Below are positions 46,700 through 58,609 of a stretch of 64,000 bases of DNA, one piece after another. Position 1 is the first letter of the stretch; each line of letters starts with the position of its first letter. Both the position numbers and the translations under genes were made by a program. The stretch lies in NCBI GenBank assembly GCA_040285825.1, contig JAUPSS010000003.1:2728001-2792000 (forward strand), written 5' to 3'. The notes beneath the pieces are model-generated. The model saw nothing but the letters and a program-made list of their open reading frames with translations, had not been told where the DNA came from and did not search any database. Source of the stretch: Eukaryota sp. TZLM1-RC (Eukaryota > Protista > Metamonada: BaSk clade).

Positions 46700-47885
46700 T
46701 GCTATCCTGGAATGCTCAATCCCATACTCTTTGTGTCCTTTGTCCATTTGCTTTTTCCTTACATGACACGCTTGAAACCACTTGCTTTATCTTTCTTGGA
46801 TTATTTTGTTGAAATAGTAAAAGAACGTACAGGAAGAATTTTTGACAAAATTTGTTGGCACAACAGAATTGTATTTTTCATTTTTAAGGGTGTTGTTGTG
46901 CTGTTTCCTTCTTATTTTCTGCTTTATTATCTCTTGGTCGTCTTTATAAAAGAAAAACATTCAGTCAATTCTATTTGACTGACTTGGGATATGAAGATTT
47001 AGATTTTTAAGTTTGAGGATTAGTTTTTGGGTCGAATAATTTAAAAATACCAAAAAATAGTTTGCAGTTTAACTGTAAAAAGCTTCAGCAAAATTTGTCA
47101 AAGTAATTGTTTTAGTAACAACCATTCCTCAAGTCTATGGCACTCTTTTAGCTAATTTTGCCTAGACTTTCAATATGAGACTTCCGATATTAAGCCTGGT
47201 AATTTGCCTCATAATTAAATTTGTAAATTTAATCGATAAATTACAATTACTCATTGGTTAAATTGTAACCATTCTACTACCTTTAGAAGCAATGTTCATG
47301 ATGGTGTAAGAGACCAATTATTTTGTATGTGCAAGACTCATAGAATTTAATGTTTTTTATAACTTTGTTGTCAAATATGTTTGATGCTGAACATAATGTT
47401 CATAAAAATAGTAGAGGTGATGTCATATTACCTGCATTAGATGCAACCTTCATTTTAGTAGATGTATTGTCCATTGGTCCTTGTAATGTCTCAAATGAAA
47501 GGCTGGCTATCTGTGAAATTCATAATCTTCTTTCTAATGCTAAAAATTCCAAAATCAAATAATACAATGAACCGTTGTCCAAATTGTCCAGCCAACAGCA
47601 TGCAAAATAAAATTTGTATCCATTTGTATTTTCTTTGTTTGGTTCACTTGCTCCCACGGCTATTCGTTTTTTGACAGACTTTAAAATGATTGTAAAGAAA
47701 AGGATTTGATAGAAATTTTAACAGACTGTTTTGGAAAATAGAAATGTATTTTCTATTCATAAGGGAATGTTGAAGATGGTTTCAGATGCTTTGCCTTCAC
47801 TTGGATCTCACTCTGAAAGAGTTGCATCTAATTGTTTTGTTTAGGGAGAGATGGATTATTTAGAGGTTGATTTAAAAGTTGCTTA
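46700..47885 (+). mobile_element. Two tandem decayed 3' fragments of RLE non-LTR elements (second is family A)
   Basis: FLDYF…RTGRIFD…WHNRIVF at 46790-46890, and HKNSRGDVILP…PFVFSLFGSLAPTA at 47350-47880. Confidence 0.8.
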
Positions 47886-48184
47886 GTAAATAAATGTTGC
47901 TTAAACAAAGTAAATTCTAAATTTTAGTATTATTTCTGCTACTGAACTTTCAGATCTTAGGACTTTGTTATCTTTGTGTAGTTACACTCACTTCTGATTC
48001 CTTATTTTCTGATTAGTTTAATTTTTTGTTCTGCCGCTAAAGGTTAAAACTGCAGAAATCACATCTTAGTTGCTAAAATTGAAACAAATGTCACAATTAT
48101 CACTCTGCACTTTCAACTAAACAGATTTTGTAATAACAACACAGAATAAAGGAGATGATTAGATGCAACTTTAAAAACTAGTTT

Positions 48185-48265
48185 TGTTGCATTAGGTTGC
48201 AAAAGTGGTTGAGATAAAGATAATTTATTTTTTATTCATATTAGAAAAGCCTAAGGGCGCAAACA
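48185..48265 (-). repeat. 3' LTR (81 bp)
   Basis: TGTTGC…AAACA, with 5 substitutions versus 55114-55194. Confidence 0.9.
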
Positions 48266-48378
48266 CTGCTTCTTCCCCGTTTTCAAAGATAATATGCTTA
48301 TATAAATATGAATTAAACTATAAACCAATAACTAAATAACTACAAATAATCTAAACTAATCTAAACTAAGAATTGGCA

Positions 48379-51300
48379 TCACTTCCGAATTCTAGTACTG
48401 CGTCTAGGCCTCTTGTAAGGCGTAGAGTTATTGGAGGTACTTTTACGTTGACTAGTAGTACGTTTACCAATTTTCTTGTTATTCCTACTGAACAACTTGT
48501 AAGCTTCTGAATGTTTAACTGAATGGAGAGGCTTTTCTGTTGTCTCACCGCCAAACCATTGAACAGTACAGAAACTACCTGAGTCAGAATTATTTTCTGA
48601 GAGGATTTTCTCTATAACATGTTTCTCATCATCGCCTGCTGCGACTGCCTTAAGAAATTCGATATCCTGTGGATTCTCAGCGTTATAGATTTTGCAATCT
48701 TTCTTAGCAGCCTTTAATTCGGTGCCAGTGATAAGATTTTTCAATAATAAAGTAGAGTTGGAATGACGGTCTATTACTAAAAAGGGTCTGTTCCAAGATC
48801 CATGTAATTTATTATTCTGTTTGGTTTTACGTAGGACATAGTCACCAATATTAAATACTATAGAGCGCGAATTAGTATTGTCTACTGAAATCGGAGTATT
48901 TGATAATTGATGACGCTCTGCTTCTTCCCTTTTTTCTTGCAGACGAGTATTTTTCATTTTAATGTCGTCTAATAAAGGTATATTGGAATCAAATTTTGAT
49001 AAGTTTCCTAATATGTTTGCAGGGTCCGATCTTGGACTAATCGAAGATCCGAACATTAGTTCGTAAGGTGTAAAACCTGTCTTTCTGCTTTTAGTGGAAT
49101 TTATTAATAGTTGGGATATGGGTACATAAGTAGACCAATTTCCATAATCATTAAAATCTATTGATAATTTCCTCAAGCATTGTAGAACGTCTCTATGTTT
49201 TCGCTCTACGAGTCCATTACTTTCAGAGTAGTGGGGTATTGAGTTACTCATCTCAATAGCTAATCTATTACACACTATCTTAAAAGTCTCATAGGCGAAC
49301 TCAGGACCATTATCACTATGAATTAACATAGGTATGCCAAAAATTGCGCAAACGTTCCAAATCAAAGCGTCTGCGGTCTCTAAGGCATTGAGTTCCTTCA
49401 GAGGGACTAAAATTGAATATCCAGTAAAAGAATCTACAAATACTAATAAGTATATATTACCATCATTATCAGTATTCAGAGGTCCAATTGTGTCGACATT
49501 TAATCTAGCAAAAGGACGATCTGCCCAAAGGGTACCTGTGGAAGGTGTTTTTATTCTTTTAACTGGTGCCGTTTTTTGACAAGTTGGGCATCTTTTGATG
49601 TGGTTTATGAGGTCCTTTCTCATATTAGGCCAGCAAAAGTCGCTTTTGGACAGTTGATGTAGACTGTCGTTTTTGCTGGGGTGGCCTGATTGAACCAATC
49701 CATGTATTAATAGTAGGGCCTGTTTTCTGAGGCTTTTTGGAATTAAAATTTTATATTTATTGTTTTTCCAAATTTGAGTATTTTCATCTAGAATTGCATT
49801 CTCAAATAGAGGGTCATTATTATTTTTTGCTATTTGTTGTTCAGATCTTATTTTAGAGAACCAAGAAGAAAAAATAGGTAAGTCCTGGTGTCTACTTAGG
49901 GATGAAATTGATGGGATGTCTTCGAAGTCCGAATCAGAATCATCGTCTATTGGAGGTATCTCGTAATTCGAAAGTAAAGTATCTGGTATATTTATACTAC
50001 ATATAGAAGGAGTTTTCTCGTTTTGATCTAAATCAATATTCCTTGATAGCATATCTGCCAAGTGGTTATCTTCACCTGGTTCATGGACTATATCAAAACC
50101 GAATTCAGATAGTGTCGGCAGCCATCTCTTTACAATTCTGTTTTTCTCTAGGGCTGTGGCCAGGAATGCAATATTTTTGTGATCATTGAAAATTGTTAGA
50201 TGTCTAGTCAAAAGGTAGCTTTCTAAACAACTTTCAGTTAAAATCAGAAGTATTGCGTATAATTCCTTTTGTAAGGTGGACCATTTTGATTGTGTTTCTG
50301 TAAGTAATCTACTATAGAATGACAAAGGTTGCACTTTCCTTTTATTTAGCGGGGTTCCTGCAGGGGAGTAGGGTTCAATTTCTTGCCAAATTACACCTCC
50401 TACTGCTACATCTGAAGCGTCAGTACTTATTAATACTCGCTTGCCCGGAGCTGGTAATTCAAGAGGCATGTGGTTTACTATTAAATCTTTGATTTGTTTA
50501 AGATACTCGTCATGCACATTGGTCCATTTGATAGTTCTAGGTTTTCCTTTTATTAACTCGTTAATTGGAGCTATTAATTCAGAAATTCCAGTAAGCCAAT
50601 CTCTTATGTAATTAATTGATCCAACCCAGGAGCGAACCTCTTTCAATGTTTTTGGTCTGGGTATTCTCATAAGGGCTTCTATTTTTTTCTTGCTGATGAA
50701 CCTAGTTTTGTTCTGGAAGGTACTTCCTAATATGTCAATGGGGTGTTTGGCTGTGACGAATTTGCATTTTCGTAAACCAATGTTGACCCGTCTTTTCCTG
50801 GCGCATTCGAGGACTCTTTGTAGTTGTTTGCAGAATTCATCAAATGAAGAACCGACTATTATAATGTCGTCTATGTATATGAAAACGCCGTCTATTGAAA
50901 AATTTCCATCATTACATTTTGAAATACTGCTGGGATATTCTTTAAACCGAAGCAGGCTCTTTTGAACATAATGGACCTTCCAGGTATTGAAATTGATGTT
51001 TTTTCAATACCCTTTTTTGCTACATTCATTTGCCAGAAAGCTTTTGGTAAATCAAGCGTGGCAATGTAGTCAGCTCTGCTCAAAAATTCTAATATGTCAC
51101 TAATCCGCGGTAAATTTGGTTCGACAGAAATTGTATGGGCATTAACACCGTCTGTACCACTAAAGTCGCCAGTTAATCTAGGTTAATCTAGGTCATCTGG
51201 GTAGATAACTAGGACAATAGGAGAGCTGAATCTATAATTGGATTCAACTGCATAACCCATTTCTATCAATTCGTCGAATATTTTGTTGGCTATTTCTAGA

Positions 51301-51990
51301 TTGCTTGGGTTTAACCGTCTAGCAGGTTTATGTACAATAGCGTTTTCATCGCGAAAGGGGATTGTAAGAGGACTACAATCAATACCTTTTTTACTTGGAG
51401 TTTCACTAAAAACATCGCTGAACAATTTCAATAAACTCGTTAATTTTAATTTATTATTACTATCATCTAAATTTATCTCACAACCAGATCTAGTTAACTG
51501 CTCCTCAAAATCGGAAGGACTCGATGATTGGTTATCTAAGTTCCCAATCGAATGTTGAGCGATTCTAGAGTCGAATTCAGATTCTTCATTTAACAAAATG
51601 CGGTGTTCTTTGTCTAATCTAATGAAAAAACCATCATCCTTCTGAAGCCCAAGTGTTTTTAACATGTCTATCCCTATTAATAGTTTGTTCGAACCCAGAA
51701 TTATGGGAAGAGTATGTCTATAATGTACCTGGTGCGCAATGCTTCCTACGTTGAACGACAGATTACCATTTGCACTCCCTAGCGATTTACTTGATACGTT
51801 ATTGGCTGGTAAGAAATCAATTGTATCATCTCTAATAATTGACATGTTGCATTTGTTAGCCAAATCTTCTTTTTTAACCGAACAAAACGCTGCCGAATCA
51901 ATAGTTACAATCATTTTTATATTATTTATTAAAATCTCCAATCTTAGAAATGGAGAACGCTGGGATCTGATGTGGTTCTCACTAACCGTA
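48379..51990 (-). pseudogene. gypsy pol (protease, RT, RNase H, integrase, chromo-like tail), frameshifted
   Basis: IDSAA, LDLPKAFWQ, FGLKN, YIDD (~50870), TDASD, ELYAI, ADMLSR, HHCC, VDT/SDNG/VER and a C-terminal VIEKIL…VQW segment. Frame breaks near 51185, 50895 and 50685. Confidence 0.9.
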
Positions 51991-52047
51991 GAATTTATAC
52001 CAAAAATACTATTGAATCAGAGCTGGGTTTGTGGAATTGTAGAGGAT

Positions 52048-54925
52048 TTAGTAAGAATTGTTGAGCTGTTGGGGAGTTGTTGACTGGGTTTCCGAAATCG
52101 GCAATTGATTGATTATGTTGATTGCGTTGATTTGTTTCCGATTGGGAAAGTTTCCTGTGTTTCTGACCCTGTTGCTGAAACGGTCAATCCGTCTGTGAGA
52201 GGTCATGCTCGAACTAGGTGACACGTTCTCAGAAGGGGATGATGTTGATGATGTATCCTCTTGTGTGTTTATGTAATAAATAGGTCTATACTGACCTCTG
52301 CCTTTATGTCCTCTTAAATGGCCACCTCGGCCCCTACCTCTAAACCTAGATACACGTCTACCACGGCCACCTCGGCCTCTAACTACGCTGCCACTTCTCG
52401 CAGGCTGATCAGCCTCGCCGATCTTAAACCTTAATTCTTTTGGTACCTTGCTCCTGGTACAACGGGGGTCTTTACATTCAAAAACCGTGTGACCAATAGG
52501 GTTATATCTCTCGGTGACGTTGCTGAATGTACAAAACTTAGATCCCTCCCGTTCATGTCTTTCTGGGACATATTTGTTTTGGGGAGTTCCTTTGGATCCG
52601 CCTCCCGAGCGACGTTTAGCACCTGGACCAAATAGAATTGCTCCTCTAGAGTACGTTCTCATGGTCGAAAGGCCTAATGGAATATCTTCTTCTCTTTCAG
52701 CTTGTTTTCTCAAAAGTTCCATGGTGTGCCTATTTCCTGTTGTTTGGCACCAAGCTAAAAAGTGTCTTCTGGTGGTCGAAATCAGGTCTAACAAAGTTGT
52801 ACCTGTTGAAGGGTCCCAGAGATCTTCTCTTGTCCAATGGCTTGCCAGCTCCTGGGTAATGGCGAAATTATCTATACCCAAGAGAAAATATTCTGCAATG
52901 AGGGCGGGTGAGGGGGTTATTAAACCGCTGCTTCCCCGAATCGATGCAGATATAGAGTGATCAACCATGTAAGTGGTCATCCTCAGGACGTCTCCAAAAT
53001 CTTCGACGAACCTAGCAAATTCGTTGTCCGCATCCTTTTTGTTGTGAATGTTTCTCCAATTTATACAAGGTTTTGCTAGGGCAGAGCAAGCCTCATGATA
53101 TGAGGTAAATTGTGTCCTGCGTAACAGAAAAACCATTAGATCTGCGTCTGAGAAGTCCGGTCTCAGAAATTCTTGGCCTTGCCATCTAGAGATGAGATGA
53201 GGGTCAACCATGCTTGATAAGCCGGACGGACAAGTACTAACCATCATACTTCTAAATAAGTCATAATGATGAATAGGAGGTCCCAGACGTTTCGTCAGTT
53301 CTGGGTCGATTCTTAAAAGTGGTTGCTTCATGTCCCTATCGATTTCTTCTCTGATGTGAGATGGGAGAGATGATAGGAGCTCAGGGATAATCTGGGTTTT
53401 TCCTTCGCCAAATATCTGGGTTGCTATCAACATAGCATGAGACCAAACAGATTGACCAGGAACTTGGAAGCTTCTATCAGCTATCTTACGCCCGTATTTA
53501 TCCCATGTTTGGAACTTGAGGAGGAAGGAGACGAGAGACATCTTGTTGAGTGGGTCCTTCTCAGATAGGTGAGGAGCTTTGTATTCAGCTGACCTAGGCT
53601 AAGAATCCACATATCTCTGAAAACTACTCGATATACTCATGTCCAATATATTTCTTGAAGCTTGGAGGACTTCCAAAGGGAGAGGCTCCTCAGAAGAAAC
53701 TCTTCTACGAGGGGGTTGAGGAGGAGGTGTTTCATCTAAACTAGGTCCTCTCAACTCGACTTCGTCTTCTGATGCACTAGTGAGCATAGGTTGGGAGGAA
53801 CTTGATGGTTCCTGAACCACTCTGGTAGGTCTGTTTACTCGTTCTGTTACATCTACTGTTGAGATGTGGTCAGGAAGTACATCGATGGAACAGACTTGTA
53901 CCGGTTGCTCTTTTTCTGATATTATGGGGGCAATTACTGGAAGTTTTGGTCTCTGGTGGAGTTCTGTTGATTGATCGCCCGTGACCAAGAATCTGAACTT
54001 CTTCTTCCTTGTTGTAGATTCCCCGAATTGCTGAATAAAGTTATTTGGGCGGCTCCTAAATGTGGATACGCTTAAACGTTCCGTAAGTATACTATTTAGG
54101 GCGTCCGCGTCAAAGAAGTCGCTGACGGGTTCCAACTTACTTGGATTTATGCTGACTGCTTGTTCCATGTATTCTCTGAAACAAGTAGGAGCCCCGTCCG
54201 TTACCTCCGAGTAGTTATGGATGATCGTATCAAAGTACGAGTCCATCCATGCCGGCATTTTGGTTTTCAGGATGTCGTCGGTATCGGTTATGCTCCTTTG
54301 TTCGATGGCCAAGAACCTGATCCTTCTCCCAAACTGGTCCAAGTGAATGGCTTCCCAATCAGGTCTATCTTTGATTGGTTTTGCCAGAATCACATGGATT
54401 TCTCTGTCCATACCGGTTATCCTAGGACGGCGTTCTGCCCCGCGTCCGAAGGTTTCTCTACTCAAGGCGTCCAACGCGTTAATTAGTTCTCTTCTCTCGC
54501 TTTGGGAATATTCGTAGACTCTATGAGGGTCCCCTTTATGGCCCAGAGTCTGGAATCCCACATTTTTACCAGATTTTGTCATTTGTTTCCAAATGGGAGG
54601 GAGCTGCTCGAACAAACAGTAATCTGTAGGTTCGAGGTGGGCTTCCGCGTCCTTCATTCTCTGTTGGCTAAGCTCTTTCTCTTCATCGTCCATTTCCTTT
54701 AAAACGGACTGAAGTTCTTCGTAGTCCTTCAGAACAGACGAAGTATCTGAGCTTGACCCAACATTTTTATCTTTAGGTGAGGAGGGGGGTGGTATTCGTT
54801 CCTGAAACCTTTTCTGGTTTGTTGGACTTGGAAGAGGCGGGAGGTGGTTCTGTGCCTGGTTCCATTGGTTTCTCTTGAGGAGGGGCGGAGGGTGGTCTCG
54901 AGCCCGAATCCTCTTCTTTATTCGA
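52048..54925 (-). pseudogene. Very long gag-like ORF, interrupted
   Basis: ORFs 53599-54693 and 52048-53541 are in the same frame, separated only by a TAG at 53599-53601. Pro-rich N-terminus beyond a C-run shift near 54785. Degenerate Cys/His knuckle and RGG-rich region near the C-terminus. Confidence 0.7.
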
Positions 54926-55113
54926 CTATTCTATTCCTACTGATGTTGTATGTATGCTAAAATCATCTCTGTCGTACTGTTGCATGAAAATTTGACAAGG
55001 GTCAGTGTCCTGGCTAGGAGACACTGACATGATATCTGCTAAAGATATCCTCTGTTTGATAGCTGTAAGTTGTGTGAGTGGTATACCTATAACCTAATAC
55101 AAACAATTATTAT

Positions 55114-55194
55114 TGTTGCCTTAGGTTGCAAAAGTGGTTGAGATAAAGATAATTTATTTTCTATTCATATTATAAAAGCCTAAAGGCGCCAACA
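55114..55194 (-). repeat. 5' LTR (81 bp)
   Basis: TGTTG…CAACA terminal inverted pentamer; direct repeat of 48185-48265. Confidence 0.9.
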
Positions 55195-55847
55195 GTTTGT
55201 TGAACTTTGCAGAAATTTCTTCACCTCAAAGTGCAACAATGTTTAAAGGTTTTTTGGGAACAACTGAAATTTGGAACAAATTTATAACAGTCAACAACAA
55301 GGATAACCATTCAGTTACATGCTGGAGCAAAGACGTCCTTGGAACAGTGGTTGCAATACTCAAAAAATCAAGCATAATATGGTTCATTGTAAACAAATTG
55401 AAAATTTTGATCCCAACAGAAAATCAGAAAGTGTCATCCAAAAAGGATTATTGGAAAATTGTGGGTAACATTACAGGTAAACAATCAGGGCAGGTTTCAT
55501 CAATAGTAACAAAAGCTCAACAAGTTTCCAAGTTATTGCTGTTTGTACACTAGGGATTATCTTCGTGCATATGTTGCACTACTTGGTAGTACGAAATTCG
55601 TACTGTTATGTCATAGATTATGTGTTGTTCTACATAAACAGCTACAGAAGAATTCGCAACAATTGAAATCTAGATTTCTGTATCAGTGCTTAAATTCAAG
55701 CACACAATGCCTTCCTGATTAGTCCCTTGAGGGAGGCACTTACTGAATTGTTTGGCTCAAATTACGAAATCTTTCTCGAGAAGTCAAATTGCTTTGTGAA
55801 GAGGAACAAGTTCATTCAATTGGATATTTTCTGTAGTGTCTTGAACT

Positions 55848-57404
55848 ATGACCATCTCCACACCAGAAGTCAACCAGGCTATTGTCAACAAAGCTGTTAA
55901 CCGTTTCCGTGAACGTGACATTCTCTTGCCCACCTTCGACCAACTTCGTAATCCTGAATTGATCCCTCAATCTGTCAAGGATGAATTGAAGAAGATTGAT
56001 CCTCAAGCTATCCACCCTCTCAATCTCTTCAGAATCACTTGGAAGAATGATGTTGAAACTAACATGTTTGGTGAAATCAATCATGTCGAAATTCCATCAT
56101 GTATTAGTGGTGTTAAAACCAAAATCTTCTTGCTTGTCGGAAAGTATTTCCCTTCAGGAAGTCACAAAATTGGTACGTAGCCATTTAAGTCTAACCAAAG
56201 GTGCCGCTTACGGTCCTCTTGTATCCAGAGTAACTACTGGTACTTTTGATCCTGAAACCCAAGCAGCCTTATGGCCATCCACGGGTAACTATTGTCGTGG
56301 TGGTGCTGCTCTTTCTAAAATGATGGATTGTAAAGCTATTGCTGTTTTACCAGAAGAAATGTCTCCTGAACGTTTCAATTGGCTCAAAGATATTGGTGCT
56401 ACAATTTACGCCACCCCGGGCTGTGAATCCAACGTCCGTGAAATTTTTGAAAAGACAGAAGAGTTGGTCAGTGAGGGTAAAGGCGATGTTGTTGCATTCA
56501 ATCAATTCAATGATCTCAGCAATCCTCTCTTCCAGTATGTTCGTTATCCACATTAACCATAGTTATTACTGTACTGGTGACGCAATTCGTGAGGTTTATG
56601 AAGGTCTTGATGATCCTAACCTCCGTTTGAGTGGTGCTTTCTTTACCACAGGATCTGCTGGAACAATTGCAGCTGGCGATTATCTTAAGGAGAAATACCC
56701 TACTCTCAAACTTGCTGCTGGTGAAGCACTTCAATGTACCACTTTGCTCAACAACGGTTTTGGTGGTCACCGTATCGAAGGAATTGGTGATAAGCATGTG
56801 TATGTTTCATATTTAGATGACTAATTTTAGTCCATGGGTCCACAACGTTCGTAACACTGATATGGCTGTCGCAATTGATGATGAAGATGCCTATAGAGTA
56901 TTGCGTCTCTTCAACACTAAGGAAGGCCAGGACTTCTTAGTTTCTCAAGGAGTTGAGCCCAAGGTTGTCAACCAACTCTCTCTTTTAGGTGTTTCCTCCA
57001 TCGCCAACCTTATTGGTTGTATTAAGATGGCCAAATACTATGAAATGGATGAAAATGACTGTCTGTTCACTGTTGCCACTGACTCTGCTGTCATGTACAA
57101 GTCCCGTGTTGAATCCGAACAAGAAAAGTATGGTGATATGACTGTTGCCGAAGCCATGTCTATCTTGAAGAGCAATTTGCACGGAATCAAGATTGATTAT
57201 GTTGAGGAGCTCACTCATTACGGAAAGAAGAGAATCCACAACCTCAAGTACTACACCTGGATTGAACAAAGAGGAATGGAGCAAGAAGAACTTGAAAGAC
57301 AATGGTATGATCGTCAGTACTTCTATGATCATTGGCATTTAGTCGATTTTTATAACAAGAAGATTGTTGAATTCAACAAGGCAACTGGTCTTTACAAGGA
57401 GTAG
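55848..57404 (+). CDS. Bacterial-type fold-II PLP-dependent enzyme (PALP / tryptophan synthase beta superfamily); 3 introns
   Basis: Exons 55848-56172, 56201-56534, 56563-56799, 56831-57404 join to 489 aa. PLP lysine in GSHKIGAA, plus WPSTGNYCRGG, TGSAGT, HRIEGIGDKHVPWVHN and RIHNLKYYTWIEQ. Introns 56173-56200, 56535-56562, 56800-56830 (GT-AG). Confidence 0.88.
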
Positions 57405-58183
57405 TTATTTATTTTTTTGTTTATCGTATAAATTCTTGTAAACACCTTTTTTCTACTAACATTTACAATAATGTTGTGTATTGGGAAAAATGTAGATGTT
57501 GATTCTATTTAACTTCATTAGCTTTGAAACAACTAACTATTGAGTCAGAAATTCCAGACAATTGGCTACAACTAATATCAATCTCAGAGGAGGGGAATTT
57601 ATTCAAAATTGACCTAGAATTAAAACTTTCCAACATGTTGGTCCATTTTTAATGCACGCATGGTCTTTAAGTTAAAGAACTACTGAAGTGTTTCTCAGAA
57701 TGAGAAAACTATACTTGAAAACATTTTAGTAGATGAGACTAGACTATAAATATTGATTAGTTTGCTTTTTTTCCCTCAAAATGAAGACATGTGTCAATAA
57801 CTTTTAAGGAGTCGGAAAAACTAGAATGGTCATGTTGAAGGATAAACAGGTGTTTTTATAGAAGGTGAATTATTGGCATCTATATGTCACCAATAGATGA
57901 TTGTTTGAGCCACATAAAAAATTACAAAACTTTTTATTGAGATAATTTTTTGCAAAAGAAAGACTGAAATTATGAAACAATTCATCAAACTGTTTTAATC
58001 TTAACCATTCAGGAATTTCCCAAATTAACCCCTAGTGAAAGTTGATCAGTGTAAACCACAAAAAAATTATCAAAACAAGTGGGAATTGACACGAATCACC
58101 CAATCATTGATACAAACAAAGAAGACTAAAGCGATTTATAGGTCTGAGAAAAAAAAATAAAAAAAATAGAATTTTAAAACAAT

Positions 58184-58609
58184 TCACTGTTCGATAAACT
58201 CAAAAGCATCAATAGGGGGTGACCGAAGTTCCAAAGGAAAACGGTTAAATACCAGAGAGTTAGGGCATGTCTCACCAGGAATGGGAATAAGTAACGGAGG
58301 AACGCGTCTTGGAGGTGGTGATAGTACACGTTTCAGAAGGGGAGACCCACACTTGCTAGATTCAGAAAGGGCCGACACCCATGATTCAATGTTTTCTGCG
58401 ACATGAAAACGAAGCTGTTCATTGGTTGATAAATCTTTTATGAGAAGAAAGTTTCCTTGACTGTGAAAAGAAAGAAACGAGGTTGAAACACGAGAGCAGC
58501 CGTAATTGAAGAAGGAAGACGACACAGCACAGTGTACCAGCTCTACAGATCTTGGAGGACCGTCGTGGGGCGTCGTGAGACCAAGACTACCCTGAATTGT
58601 TATAGTCAT
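58184..58609 (-). CDS. Small hypothetical protein, possibly PH-like fold plus Pro-rich tail
   Basis: 141-aa ATG-initiated ORF, GC-richer than its flanks, with IQGSL…LRFHV…ESWVSAL. Confidence 0.5.
   Translation of the reverse strand: MTITIQGSLGLTTPHDGPPRSVELVHCAVSSSFFNYGCSRVSTSFLSFHSQGNFLLIKDLSTNEQLRFHVAENIESWVSALSESSKCGSPLLKRVLSPPPRRVPPLLIPIPGETCPNSLVFNRFPLELRSPPIDAFEFIEQ

Larger units (their letters stand above)
48185..55194 (-). mobile_element. Ty3/gypsy LTR retrotransposon (~7.0 kb, degenerate) with 81-bp LTRs
   Basis: gag-PR-RT-RH-IN order, direct terminal repeats TG…CA, 4-bp TSD GTTT (48181-48184 and 55195-55198), and PPT GGGGAAGAAGCAG abutting the 3' LTR. Confidence 0.93.
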
